NCBI GenBank assembly: GCA_964622835.1
Contig: CAZUSA010000003.1
Location: 1-62,181, forward strand
Length of the DNA stretch: 62,181 bases
Direction: 5' to 3'
Source of the DNA: Candidatus Woesearchaeota archaeon
GTDB taxonomy: Archaea; Nanobdellota; Nanobdellia; SCGC-AAA011-G17; UBA489
In this document: piece by piece, positions 10,194 to 19,358 of the stretch
How the letters are laid out: the number at the start of each line of letters is the position of its first letter
How positions within the stretch are numbered: position 1 is the stretch's first letter
Notes under the pieces: generated by a model
What the model saw: the letters and a program-made list of their open reading frames with translations, nothing else
What the model was told of the DNA's origin: nothing
Database searches by the model: none
Translations under genes and position numbers: made by a program

Positions 10194-10528
10194 AAAAAGA
10201 AGATAAAACATTATTGTACGCTGGAGGCATTGGCGCATTTATAGCATCGCTTTGCTGTCTTGGACCAGTTATTATAGTTTTATTAGGTCTTGGAAGTATT
10301 TCAACAGCGTTAACAATTGGTACTTACTCTTGGTTGTTTACATCTTTAGCTATAATCTTTTTTGTATTAGCTATCACGTTATATCTCAAAAAAAAGAAAT
10401 GTTGTAATGTTAATGGAATGCAGCGACATTGGAAAATTATCATTGGGGGATTCATCATCTTAGTAATACTTTTGATAGTCCTAAAATATTGGTTCGCTCC
10501 GTTACTAGCGGAGGTTATTTACAAATGA
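10190..10528 (+). CDS. MerT-like metal transport protein
   Basis: ASLCCLGP in TM1, a cytoplasmic CC pair (KKKCC), three TMs. Confidence 0.8.
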   Translation: MKKEDKTLLYAGGIGAFIASLCCLGPVIIVLLGLGSISTALTIGTYSWLFTSLAIIFFVLAITLYLKKKKCCNVNGMQRHWKIIIGGFIILVILLIVLKYWFAPLLAEVIYK

Positions 10529-10845
10529 AAAAACAATTTTTGATGCTGTTATTATCTCTAATAATGGTAACGGGATGTACAACAATACAACAAACCCAAG
10601 ATACAACTAAAAATACTCCTCTAGCAGCTAACACTAAAGAAGCAACATTTGCTATTGAAGGGATGTCTTGTGCAGCTTGTTCATTAGGTGTGGAAGCTCA
10701 ATGGGGAGAAGTTGATGGTGTTCTGGATGCAAAGGTAAATCTTGCAGATGGTATGGGTGTTGTAAAATATAATCCTGATAAAACAGATGCAACTACCATA
10801 GCAAAAGCATCAACAGTATATCCAGCGAAAATTATTTCTGAATAA
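10525..10845 (+). CDS. MerP-like HMA lipoprotein
   Basis: Lipobox-like LIMVTGC followed by an HMA domain with EGMSCAAC. Confidence 0.8.
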   Translation: MKKQFLMLLLSLIMVTGCTTIQQTQDTTKNTPLAANTKEATFAIEGMSCAACSLGVEAQWGEVDGVLDAKVNLADGMGVVKYNPDKTDATTIAKASTVYPAKIISE

Positions 10846-10975
10846 TGGCAAAAAATTTGCTTGGATAACTTGTATAGGTCATTAAAGCATATCTAAGGGG
10901 GTTATTACAGGTAGTGTATTTATACACTATGTACCAAACCATCATTCTCTGAATTATTCTTTTATTTATTAGAAT

Positions 10976-11446
10976 TTAAGTTTTATTCTTATCAATTTCT
11001 CGTTGTTTACTCTCTGAAATTTTTCCAGTTTCTAAATAAGTTTTGTAATCATTAGCTACAATTCCTAAAGTTTTCCTTATTTTTGGCTTCATAAAAATTC
11101 CCATTATGGAACCAATGATAGGCATAGTTTCCAAACTAAGTTCGACAGTAAATTCAGTTTTATGAGGAGATATTTCTTTAAAGGACCATCCTCCCGTCGT
11201 TTTATGTACAAAAAAAGGCATACCTTCAGCTTTAATTTTAATTAAATGGTTTTTTTCATCCTTCAAAATAATATCTTCATCAAGTTGGCCAAAAGGGGTT
11301 TCACAAACTCTATCACAAGTAGCTCCTTTCTTAGAATGGAGGACACCTGTAGCCCAATTACCCATTGTATGAAAATTTAAAACAGATAAATTCCATAGTT
11401 CCTTAAGTGGTTTGTTTACAGTACCCGTTACTTTTACTTCAATCAT
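10976..11446 (-). CDS. SRPBCC/polyketide cyclase-like protein
   Basis: EVKVTGTVNKPLKELW..GATCDRVC..GGWSFKEISPHKTEFTVEL pattern. Confidence 0.7.
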   Translation of the reverse strand: MIEVKVTGTVNKPLKELWNLSVLNFHTMGNWATGVLHSKKGATCDRVCETPFGQLDEDIILKDEKNHLIKIKAEGMPFFVHKTTGGWSFKEISPHKTEFTVELSLETMPIIGSIMGIFMKPKIRKTLGIVANDYKTYLETGKISESKQREIDKNKT

Positions 11447-11447
11447 G

Positions 11448-12200
11448 TTATAATTGGGTCATTCCACCATCTACACGTATTTCTGCACCTAACATGTATG
11501 ATGAATCATCTGATGCTAAGAATAATGCAGCTGTCGCAATTTCTTCAGGCTTACCAAATCTTTTCATTGGATTTGTTTGACTAATTTGTTCTTTCATTCC
11601 TGCCATTTGCTCTTCACTCATTCCAATCTTACCAAATATTGGTGTTTCAATAGGTCCGGGACTAATTACATTAACTCTTACACCTTTTTCGACTAACTCT
11701 GCAGCCATGGTGCGTGCAAGTGAACGAACTGCAGCTTTAGAAGCGGCGTAAACACTAGCTCCGGCCATGCCCATTTCGTTAACTACTGAACTAGTGAATA
11801 TAATAGAAACTTTATCACTTAGAAACGGTAATGCTTTTTGCACTCCAAAATATAATCCTTTAACGTTAATGTTCATTATTGAATCAAAATGTTCTTCGCT
11901 TACATGTTCAAGAGGTGCAAATGGTGCAATTCCTGCGTTTAAGAATAATACATCAATCTTTCCCATTTTTTCTTTTACTTGTTCATATAGGTTGGATATG
12001 TCTTCTAGTTTTGAAGAGTCTGAGGTTATTCCTGTAACGCCAAGTTCACTTGATGCTTTATCCAGTTGTTCTTGATTTCTTCCAGTGATTATTACGTTTG
12101 CTCCTTCTTCTTTGAATAGTTTAGCTGTTGCATAACCTATACCACTACTCCCTCCTGTGATAATTGCAACTTTTCCGTCTAGTTTTTTTGTTTGATTCAT
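11448..12200 (-). CDS. Short-chain dehydrogenase/reductase
   Basis: TGGSSGIG, NAG and YAASK motifs. Confidence 0.95.
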   Translation of the reverse strand: MNQTKKLDGKVAIITGGSSGIGYATAKLFKEEGANVIITGRNQEQLDKASSELGVTGITSDSSKLEDISNLYEQVKEKMGKIDVLFLNAGIAPFAPLEHVSEEHFDSIMNINVKGLYFGVQKALPFLSDKVSIIFTSSVVNEMGMAGASVYAASKAAVRSLARTMAAELVEKGVRVNVISPGPIETPIFGKIGMSEEQMAGMKEQISQTNPMKRFGKPEEIATAALFLASDDSSYMLGAEIRVDGGMTQL

Positions 12201-12264
12201 TTGTACCTCGTCTTAAAATATGGTATATAAGGTTTTAGTTTATTATTTTCTAAAATAAAAAAAG

Positions 12265-12429
12265 TCAGTCCTTTTTCAAGGAACTGATCTTTTCTGTAAT
12301 GCCTTTTACTTCTTTTTCCAAAGTAGCTTTGTAGTCACGTAACATTTCTACTTTTTCTTCTTTAGTTAAGAAGTTTCTTTGGGATGTAGAACATGAATAT
12401 CCTACATCGCAGCAATTTTGTGATCTCAT
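12265..12429 (-). CDS. 54-aa coiled-coil protein (DUF5320-like), missing from the ORF track
   Basis: Hand translation: MRSQNCCDVGYSCSTSQRNFLTKEEKVEMLRDYKATLEKEVKGITEKISSLKKD. A GGAGGT Shine-Dalgarno lies upstream. Confidence 0.75.
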   Translation of the reverse strand: MRSQNCCDVGYSCSTSQRNFLTKEEKVEMLRDYKATLEKEVKGITEKISSLKKD

Positions 12430-12442
12430 TGTAAATACCTCC

Positions 12443-12518
12443 ATATATCGGTTATACGATACAATGTCGAAATCATATATAAATATATCGGTTATACGAT
12501 ATATCGGACATATGATAT
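12443..12518. promoter_or_regulatory. Three candidate PadR operator palindromes
   Basis: A 19-bp direct repeat ATATATCGGTTATACGATA at 12443 and 12483. Each is (A)TATCG-N6-CGATA(T). A third variant lies at 12501-12518. Confidence 0.75.
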
Positions 12519-12557
12519 TAGAAAAAGATTTATATAGAGATCAATCTTTTTGAATAT

Positions 12558-12857
12558 ATGAAAAAATGTTGCGATATGCGTGGGTTTCTGAGCTTTATGG
12601 TACTCAAGCTTATCAGTAAGAAGGAACTTTCAGGTGAAGATATAACAAAAGAAATAGAAAAAAGGAAAGGATCTCGACCAAGTCCTGGAACAATATATCC
12701 TGTATTAAAATTTTTAAGTGAAAACAAGTTTATTGCTGAAACAAAAACCGAAGGTAAAGAGAAAAAATACAAACTGACCGGTAAGGGAAAAAAAGAACTT
12801 GAAAGGGCAACAAAACAATTTGTTTCAATGTTCTGTGATATGAAAGAAGAATTTTGA
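12558..12857 (+). CDS. PadR family transcriptional regulator
   Basis: MRGFLSFMVL..SPGTIYPVLKFL..KKYKLTGKG. Confidence 0.92.
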   Translation: MKKCCDMRGFLSFMVLKLISKKELSGEDITKEIEKRKGSRPSPGTIYPVLKFLSENKFIAETKTEGKEKKYKLTGKGKKELERATKQFVSMFCDMKEEF

Positions 12858-12986
12858 TAATAGAAGGCGTTGTTGCAAGGGATGGAAAAGTTGGTTTAAG
12901 GCACAGTCGTAGCATATCATAACAAGGACCACTGGGCAAAAAGCACTCAAATAATTCAGAACCATGTACGCTTTTTCAAAGAAATT

Positions 12987-13673
12987 TTATCGAGATTCTT
13001 CATCAAAAGTAACCGTAACACGCATATACAATTGAATCAAATCATCTTCCACTTTTTGTTTTGTAGGAGGCTTCCATTGTTTCGTCCCATCGGGACCAAC
13101 ACGACAAATGGCATCGTTAGGATCATCACCATCATAATTTGTTGTAGAAACTTCCATAGCAAAGAGGGCATTATTAGAAACAGCAACCTTAAGATGTCCC
13201 GTAGTCCAAACATCACCTGGAGGAACAGTATAATTATATGTTTTCCTTTTTTGTGCGCCTGGATATGCATTAAGAAAATCAGCTAATGAACTTCCAATAT
13301 TAATTCCTGTATTTGTAGTGCCGTGATTCCAAGGGCCACGTACGGCAATGTGCCATAAGTTCTCTCCAATAAAGATTCCATACACACTGTCATTACAACC
13401 CATAAGTTCAAGCGTATCTCCCAAACCTCCAGCATGACCATCATAATGTTCAAAACCTGTGGGAGGGGTATCTAACCAACTCTTATTTTCTTTGTCGCCT
13501 ACTTGAATAGTTGAAAAACCAATATCCTCGACATCTCCGGTGGTAGTAAGTGTACTATTACAGGTCAATCCGTAAGGGGATCCACTAATACTTGAAGTAC
13601 TCGTACTCCAATCACAACCAACCAAGGCTGCCAAAGAAAGTGCTCCACCAAAAATACTGTTCCTTAAACGCAT
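12987..13673 (-). CDS. Hypothetical lipoprotein
   Basis: Signal peptide ending ALVGC; 228 aa. Confidence 0.7.
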   Translation of the reverse strand: MRLRNSIFGGALSLAALVGCDWSTSTSSISGSPYGLTCNSTLTTTGDVEDIGFSTIQVGDKENKSWLDTPPTGFEHYDGHAGGLGDTLELMGCNDSVYGIFIGENLWHIAVRGPWNHGTTNTGINIGSSLADFLNAYPGAQKRKTYNYTVPPGDVWTTGHLKVAVSNNALFAMEVSTTNYDGDDPNDAICRVGPDGTKQWKPPTKQKVEDDLIQLYMRVTVTFDEESR

Positions 13674-13780
13674 ACAAACGGGATGCGCAGGAACTTATTA
13701 AGTGTTTCTTTCCAAAAACAGAGATATTAGAAAAACGCCATAAAGAAATGTTTATATAAACAAAAAGAGCGATCCAACGT

Positions 13781-14929
13781 ATGAAATATACTATTATTTT
13801 TGTGGTTATTTTGATGCTTGCTATTGGTGGGTTTTCGTTTTATGTTGGTTCTAAGATGTATCAGCAAGAGACGTTACCTGCAGAAATTATTATTATTGAG
13901 AATACGAATGAATATTATCCTGAAGAGGGTTCTGGTGAACAACCACCTGTGTGGGGTGAAGAAGAGGAAGAAGAAAGTGATCTTGAACCATTTTTACAAG
14001 TAGAACCCAATCCTATTGAATCGAAGTCCTATGACTTAAGTGATTATCCGTTGCCGTTTATTAAGAATGGTAATACGAATGATTTGCTTATTTTACTTGG
14101 TAAAGATTCTCCGTCAACGGATGTGTTTGCAACGTTAACGGTTGTGAATGGATTAAAAACATTAACGAGTGATAGTGTTGAGTCTGATTTTTCGAGTGAT
14201 CATTCTGATTATGATGAGTATGATCTTATTTTGATTGGTCATCCGTGTGATAATCCGTTGTCGAATATTTTGGGAAGTGTATCGTGTGATGATTGGGATT
14301 TCGATCCAGGCTATTCTATTATTAATTTGATGAAAAACGGTGAGTATCATGTGTTGGTTGTTGCGGGAACAACAGCGAATGATTTAGCGTATGCAACGGA
14401 GTCCTTGGCTAATTTCCAACAACATAATTTTGGTGGGTCTATGGTTATTTTGAAGACGCCTGCAAACTATGGTGATGAAGATCCTCTTGAACCCCCAAAT
14501 ACGGTGAAGTTAGAAAACTTTCCTAATTTCTTTGAAGGGAAGGGTATTTTGTTTATATCGGTTGGAAGCAAGGCACAGTCTACAGATACTCTTGCAGCAC
14601 TGGGTATATCTTCAATGTTAAAGGCAAAGCTACCAAATGCTGTTGCTCAACTGCTTGATGATGAAGAGGGTATTGAAAAAATGCTTATTCGTTCTGGTGT
14701 ATTCGTAAGTTCTGTATATCCCTCTGGTGAGTGTGTGAACACGGCAGTTGAGGAAGTAACAAACTTTGATTGTAGTGCTATACAATTAGAACAGGGAGAA
14801 TGGTATGTAACGGTTTTCGAAGAAGGTGCAGAAACATATGTTGTTGTTATGGGGGATAGTAATGGTGTGTTGGGTGCATCGCAAGCGTTATCAGAAGAAC
14901 AAGTATCTGGTTCTGAAATGTATGGGTAA
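13781..14929 (+). CDS. S-layer-family cell surface protein (two repeated domains)
   Basis: N-terminal TM, acidic composition, repeated (L/S)GxxAxSTDxxA motif, LILIGHPCDN. Confidence 0.6.
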   Translation: MKYTIIFVVILMLAIGGFSFYVGSKMYQQETLPAEIIIIENTNEYYPEEGSGEQPPVWGEEEEEESDLEPFLQVEPNPIESKSYDLSDYPLPFIKNGNTNDLLILLGKDSPSTDVFATLTVVNGLKTLTSDSVESDFSSDHSDYDEYDLILIGHPCDNPLSNILGSVSCDDWDFDPGYSIINLMKNGEYHVLVVAGTTANDLAYATESLANFQQHNFGGSMVILKTPANYGDEDPLEPPNTVKLENFPNFFEGKGILFISVGSKAQSTDTLAALGISSMLKAKLPNAVAQLLDDEEGIEKMLIRSGVFVSSVYPSGECVNTAVEEVTNFDCSAIQLEQGEWYVTVFEEGAETYVVVMGDSNGVLGASQALSEEQVSGSEMYG

Positions 14930-14933
14930 GAAA

Positions 14934-15305
14934 TTAACGTGTAGCTAAATTGCGTTGTAATTCATTTTCTAGACGTGCGTTGTAAACATTAGTTAATTCT
15001 CGGCGTTCGCCCATGGGAAAATCCTTACTATCTTTGGTAACAACATATCCTGCTCTTTCAAGTGCATGTTTCATGTCTGTTGCGTAGAGTTCTAAGTCTG
15101 TTGTACTGCCCATTGATAAAACACCATCAACGGTGTCATTAAAGTCTGCAAAAACAACGCGATCGATTGAAGGTGTTATGCCATTATGGCGTTCTAATGC
15201 AGAGATGGCTAATTCACCACCCCAAAAAAGTGCACCTAATCCTATGATGGGGAGTATCATTTGTCGTATGATTGGTTGTTCTTCTGAAGTTTTATGATTG
15301 GTCAT
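14934..15305 (-). CDS. Hypothetical membrane-anchored protein
   Basis: 123-aa ORF with an N-terminal TM. Confidence 0.6.
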   Translation of the reverse strand: MTNHKTSEEQPIIRQMILPIIGLGALFWGGELAISALERHNGITPSIDRVVFADFNDTVDGVLSMGSTTDLELYATDMKHALERAGYVVTKDSKDFPMGERRELTNVYNARLENELQRNLATR

Positions 15306-15371
15306 AGTATTCTGGAAGGTAATAAGGCATTATAAACCTTTCTATTGTTACTACTTATAAAGAACAACTAC

Positions 15372-15785
15372 CTATGGTGTTGATTGTGAATGGAAGCTTG
15401 AAGCACCTGGGGCCATGGGAACGTTTCTGTATCGCCATCGGTCCACATTCTTGGACAAGCTAGGAGTCAATAAAATTCCCGCAAGACCAATACCTGCTAT
15501 AGCAAGACCGAATCCCATAAGACTTTCATGGTGGGATTTTTCACTAAGTTCTTCCCTAACTGTCTGGCCACGAAGAGTAAGGGTATCTCTTGTAACACGC
15601 TCATCTTGTTGAAGATAGCGTTGTACGCTAGGACTAGGAGTATACTGGTGTTTCTGTATGTTACCATGGATTGACATGCCAATGCCTGTGAGAAGAACTG
15701 CTGTACTAAGGGTATAGGTTACTTTATCAAAAATAGGCAACAGTGAAATATCTCGTTTTATTCGACGTAAGGACATGGTGGTCAT
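15372..15785 (-). CDS. Hypothetical 2-TM protein
   Basis: 137-aa ORF with two hydrophobic segments. Confidence 0.6.
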   Translation of the reverse strand: MTTMSLRRIKRDISLLPIFDKVTYTLSTAVLLTGIGMSIHGNIQKHQYTPSPSVQRYLQQDERVTRDTLTLRGQTVREELSEKSHHESLMGFGLAIAGIGLAGILLTPSLSKNVDRWRYRNVPMAPGASSFHSQSTP

Positions 15786-15822
15786 AATAAGAAGTGGTTG
15801 AATATTATAAAATGTTCTGTTG

Positions 15823-16272
15823 TTATTTAAACAGTCCCGTCTTTAATCCCCAGATTGTATGTACTATTCTTGTAAGAAGTAACGCACCAATGTATGCGAC
15901 AACAACACTTCCTGCTCGTGCCATTCCTTGTGTTAATAGCATTCCTTGAAACGTTACAGCTAACACATAGTATAATGGTGATAAAATAACACGTTGAAAT
16001 TGTATCGTTGCTACATCGGTAACAAAGTGTCGTTGTTTATGACGTTTTGTTGCACGTGTTGTACTGAGTCGATGGAACCAGCTAAAAATACCAACATCAA
16101 GGACAGCATCAATAACTGCAGTAAGAACAACAATATAACTGATAGTATTAGTCCATGATGTTAACATATCAATAAAACGTGCAACAACAAGTGTAGACAA
16201 CAAACCAGCAAAAACAATATTCCCATTAATATGTAATAACCGACTATTGTAATACTGTTGTAATAGTTTCAT
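15823..16272 (-). CDS. Hypothetical 4-TM membrane protein
   Basis: Hydrophobic ORF coupled to the cyclophilin stop codon. Confidence 0.65.
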   Translation of the reverse strand: MKLLQQYYNSRLLHINGNIVFAGLLSTLVVARFIDMLTSWTNTISYIVVLTAVIDAVLDVGIFSWFHRLSTTRATKRHKQRHFVTDVATIQFQRVILSPLYYVLAVTFQGMLLTQGMARAGSVVVAYIGALLLTRIVHTIWGLKTGLFK

Positions 16273-16832
16273 TACAATAACGTTACTTTGGTAACAACAA
16301 TTTCTTCAACAGGGCGATCACTTGCTTCTGTTTGTGTGCTACCGATAGCTTCTAACACGTCTTCACCTGATGTTATTACACCAAAGATTGCATGATGATC
16401 ATCTAAGTGCGGCGTTGGCACTAAGGTAATAAAGAATTGACTGCCACCAGTATTGGGTCCTGAATTGGCCATGGATAATAATCCTTTTTTATCGTGACGT
16501 AACTCTTGAACGAATTCATCATCAATAGCATGACCAGGTCCACCGGTACCCCACATTGCTTGATTAGCAACATCTTTTGTTAGTGGATCGCCACCTTGTA
16601 TCATAAATCCTGCGATAACTCTGTGGAATCGCGTACCATCATAAAAGCCGTCAGTAATAAGTTTCTTAAAATTTTCAGTTGTTGTTGGAACTAATTCATC
16701 AAAGAGTTCAAATTCCATGACTCCTGCAGTTGTTTCCATTCGTACGTGTGTGCGTTCCATTGGTGTTTCTCCTGGTGATGTACATCCTGTTATAAGAACA
16801 AGAAAAGTAATGAGCATCACCGCATATTTCAT
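16272..16832 (-). CDS. ppiB: Cyclophilin-type peptidyl-prolyl isomerase (lipoprotein)
   Basis: FHRVIAGFMIQGGDP, LSMANSGPNTGGSQFFIT, HAIFG; N-terminal LITGC lipobox. Confidence 0.95.
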   Translation of the reverse strand: MKYAVMLITFLVLITGCTSPGETPMERTHVRMETTAGVMEFELFDELVPTTTENFKKLITDGFYDGTRFHRVIAGFMIQGGDPLTKDVANQAMWGTGGPGHAIDDEFVQELRHDKKGLLSMANSGPNTGGSQFFITLVPTPHLDDHHAIFGVITSGEDVLEAIGSTQTEASDRPVEEIVVTKVTLL

Positions 16833-16865
16833 AAGGTAATAAGGTAAAAGAACTATTTATAAGAC

Positions 16866-17246
16866 TTATTCTTTTCGTAGTCGTTGTAAGGCTATTTCTG
16901 CGGATTCTGCAACATCGGTATCATCATCGGTAAGAAATTGCTCAATAAAAGGAATAAATGCAACATCGCCTAAGGTTCCTAATGCCATTAATGCTTCATG
17001 TCGTACGTAAGGACTTTCATCGGTTTCAATGGCTTTCATAAGTAAAGGACCTGCTTCTTTTGCTGCAGCTGTTTCTCCTAAGGCAAAGGCACATTCGTGA
17101 CGAACAATGGGGGAAGGATCGGTAAACAGAGCTTTTCCTAAAGTTCTTATAGCACGATCATCACCAATGTTTTCTAGTTGGAAGGCTGCTTGTATGCGAT
17201 CGTCTTTACTCACGCTTTGATCTAAGATAATTTGTGTGTAATCCAT
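16866..17246 (-). CDS. HEAT-repeat protein resembling one lobe of deoxyhypusine hydroxylase
   Basis: Two HE motifs (VRHECAFALG, VRHEALMALG) with His residues 33 aa apart; ends VAESAEIALQRL. Confidence 0.75.
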   Translation of the reverse strand: MDYTQIILDQSVSKDDRIQAAFQLENIGDDRAIRTLGKALFTDPSPIVRHECAFALGETAAAKEAGPLLMKAIETDESPYVRHEALMALGTLGDVAFIPFIEQFLTDDDTDVAESAEIALQRLRKE

Positions 17247-17340
17247 CTGCAAAGCAACAAAAGTCAATTTAAAATAGTTGGTATTGTTACATAAACCTTA
17301 TAAGTTACTAAAGGTCATAAGAATCAAGAAAGAGGGATGA

Positions 17341-18012
17341 ATGAAACAACAAACACGTTCTCACATATTATTTTATACAGTACTCATTACTATTTTCCTC
17401 GTTGCTATTAGTGGGTTTGTAACTTCTGATGGTGATGATTTTGGTCATGATGCAAGTTCTATTATGGTTGATGTTCCTAATGATGATGGGACATTTGAAA
17501 CGATGTATTTGGATGATGCAATAGCAGATCACCGTATTGGCTATGATGTGCCTGTAACAGATACAAAACTTCCTGATAAGTGGTATATGGTTGGTGACAA
17601 ATCTGAATCATCAAATTATTTATGTACAACAGTAACAGATATTGAAGAGTACTGTGCTGATGAAGACGGGTGTATTATTAGAGCGTTAATGCAACACGAA
17701 AAGAAAAGCCAAAATGATCAAGTACGTGTGCATGATTGGGAAATATTTATAGAACAAGAAGATATGTCTAACGAAAATGTTGATGATATTTATGCGTGGG
17801 CACATTACCCTGGTGCTGATAGGGCATATAGGATGGGGAAAGATAAGAAAACATTTTTGACGTTTTGGTCCTGGGCGTATGCATATAATTATATGCCAAG
17901 TCAGTGTATTGACGGTAATAAGGATGGGCCTATTTACATAGATGGAAATAAATATGATTTAACATTTAGATCACACCCTTATGTGTACACGCGAATAGTG
18001 TTAATTGATTAA
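17341..18012 (+). CDS. Secreted/surface protein, tandem paralog A
   Basis: Signal-anchor, GHDASSI motif, CADEDGCII. Confidence 0.75.
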   Translation: MKQQTRSHILFYTVLITIFLVAISGFVTSDGDDFGHDASSIMVDVPNDDGTFETMYLDDAIADHRIGYDVPVTDTKLPDKWYMVGDKSESSNYLCTTVTDIEEYCADEDGCIIRALMQHEKKSQNDQVRVHDWEIFIEQEDMSNENVDDIYAWAHYPGADRAYRMGKDKKTFLTFWSWAYAYNYMPSQCIDGNKDGPIYIDGNKYDLTFRSHPYVYTRIVLID

Positions 18013-18014
18013 CG

Positions 18015-18692
18015 ATGATCCAAGAAAAGAAACAATTCTCTCGTAAGATATATTATACGTTATTAGTAACATTGATGATGATTAGTGTGAGTGTCCTCGT
18101 ATCATCAGGTGCAGTAAAATCTGGTCATGATGCAAGTAATATTAGGGTTGATATTCCTAATAATGATGGGACTATTGAAGCAATGTCGTTATCGGATGCA
18201 GTAAAAAATCACCGCATTCGTCCTGCAGTGCCGGCAACTCCTTCTGATGTAAAACTTGATGATAAAGTTTTAACATTGGGTTCATCAAGTAATCAAGATT
18301 GGATCTGTGTAACAGAAAGTATTGAAGATCACTGTGCTGATGAAGATGGGTGCATTATTCGGGGTATGCTTCAACATGAAACGTCAAGCGTCGATGAAGT
18401 ACGTACTCTCAGTTGGCAAGTTTTTATGGAACAAGATGACATGTCTAATAATAATTTTGATGATACTTATTTGTGGGCACAGTATCCCGGTGATTCGAGG
18501 GCTTCAAGGTTAGGTAATGGTGGAGAATACACTGTTTTGAGATTTTGGAATTGGATGTATGCCTATAATTACAACCACAAATATTGCAAGGGTCAAGGCA
18601 GTACTGGTCCTGCGTTTGATGGTGATAACTTGTATGATCTCACGTTTATGGTGCACCCTGATGTGCAAGGACGTATTGTGATTGAGGATTAA
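18015..18692 (+). CDS. Secreted/surface protein, tandem paralog B
   Basis: Full-length similarity to paralog A (GHDASNI, CADEDGCII, YAYNY..C). Confidence 0.75.
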   Translation: MIQEKKQFSRKIYYTLLVTLMMISVSVLVSSGAVKSGHDASNIRVDIPNNDGTIEAMSLSDAVKNHRIRPAVPATPSDVKLDDKVLTLGSSSNQDWICVTESIEDHCADEDGCIIRGMLQHETSSVDEVRTLSWQVFMEQDDMSNNNFDDTYLWAQYPGDSRASRLGNGGEYTVLRFWNWMYAYNYNHKYCKGQGSTGPAFDGDNLYDLTFMVHPDVQGRIVIED

Positions 18693-18693
18693 C

Positions 18694-18894
18694 ATGAAAT
18701 ATATTTTTATTATCCTAATAGTCAGTTTATTGATGATAGGCTGTTCTTCTGGAACAGGAGTAGAAATTATTGATACAGAAGAACCGGTTAATCCACCGAT
18801 TAATGATATCTTGGGAGAAATAGATACGACAGTTAATGTAGATACAATTGGTGTTGATCCTCTCTCTGATATTGATACTGCTAGCCCTTCTTAA
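18694..18894 (+). CDS. Small acidic lipoprotein
   Basis: LLMIGC lipobox followed by an acidic tail. Confidence 0.6.
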   Translation: MKYIFIILIVSLLMIGCSSGTGVEIIDTEEPVNPPINDILGEIDTTVNVDTIGVDPLSDIDTASPS

Positions 18895-18898
18895 AATA

Positions 18899-19357
18899 TC
18901 AAAGAGTAAGCGCTTGAAGGACTTTTCTTACGTGATCTTTTACTTTGACCGGTGACCAAATTTTTGTGATAATACCTTTTTCATTAATTAAAAAGGTACT
19001 TCGTATGGTTCCTTTGAATGCACGCCCCATAAAACTTTTATCGCCCCACACACCATATGCTTTGTGAATAGTAAGGTCTTCGTCACTAATGAGATCAATG
19101 GTTAATGATTGTTTTTTACAAAAGCCTTCGTGTGATGCAACCGTATCTCTACTGACACCTAAAATAACAGTATTTTCTTTTGTAAAGTCTTTTTGTGCTG
19201 CTGTAAATTCAATAGCTTCAACAGTACATCCTGGTGTATTATCTCGTGGATAAAAATATAAGACAACGTTTTTTCCTTTGTAATCTTTTAAACTAACACT
19301 CCCTTTACGTGTTATGCCAGTAAATGCTGGTGCTTTCTTTCCTTCAATAAGTTTCAT
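18899..19357 (-). CDS. bcp: Peroxiredoxin (BCP/PrxQ)
   Basis: YFYPRDNTPGCT and IRSTFLI motifs. Start chosen at MKLIEG. Confidence 0.93.
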   Translation of the reverse strand: MKLIEGKKAPAFTGITRKGSVSLKDYKGKNVVLYFYPRDNTPGCTVEAIEFTAAQKDFTKENTVILGVSRDTVASHEGFCKKQSLTIDLISDEDLTIHKAYGVWGDKSFMGRAFKGTIRSTFLINEKGIITKIWSPVKVKDHVRKVLQALTL

Positions 19358-19358
19358 G

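Larger units (their letters stand above)
1..12900. mobile_element. tRNA-anchored composite genomic island (metal resistance and stress cargo)
   Basis: The tRNA-end sequence is repeated at 3416-3431, followed by an integrase-like N-terminus. Cargo includes Fic, cop and mer genes. The region is visibly more AT-rich and uses AGA for Arg, versus CGT/CGA downstream. The right boundary is approximate. Confidence 0.6.

Noticed and set aside
10845-10900. Possible eroded merA start after the merP-like gene
   Set aside because: Only MAK.. followed by stops; there is no GxGxxG motif in any frame.
12896-12907. LRHS tetrapeptide as an integrase catalytic remnant marking the island's right end
   Set aside because: A stop follows four codons later and no other recombinase motif is present; likely chance.
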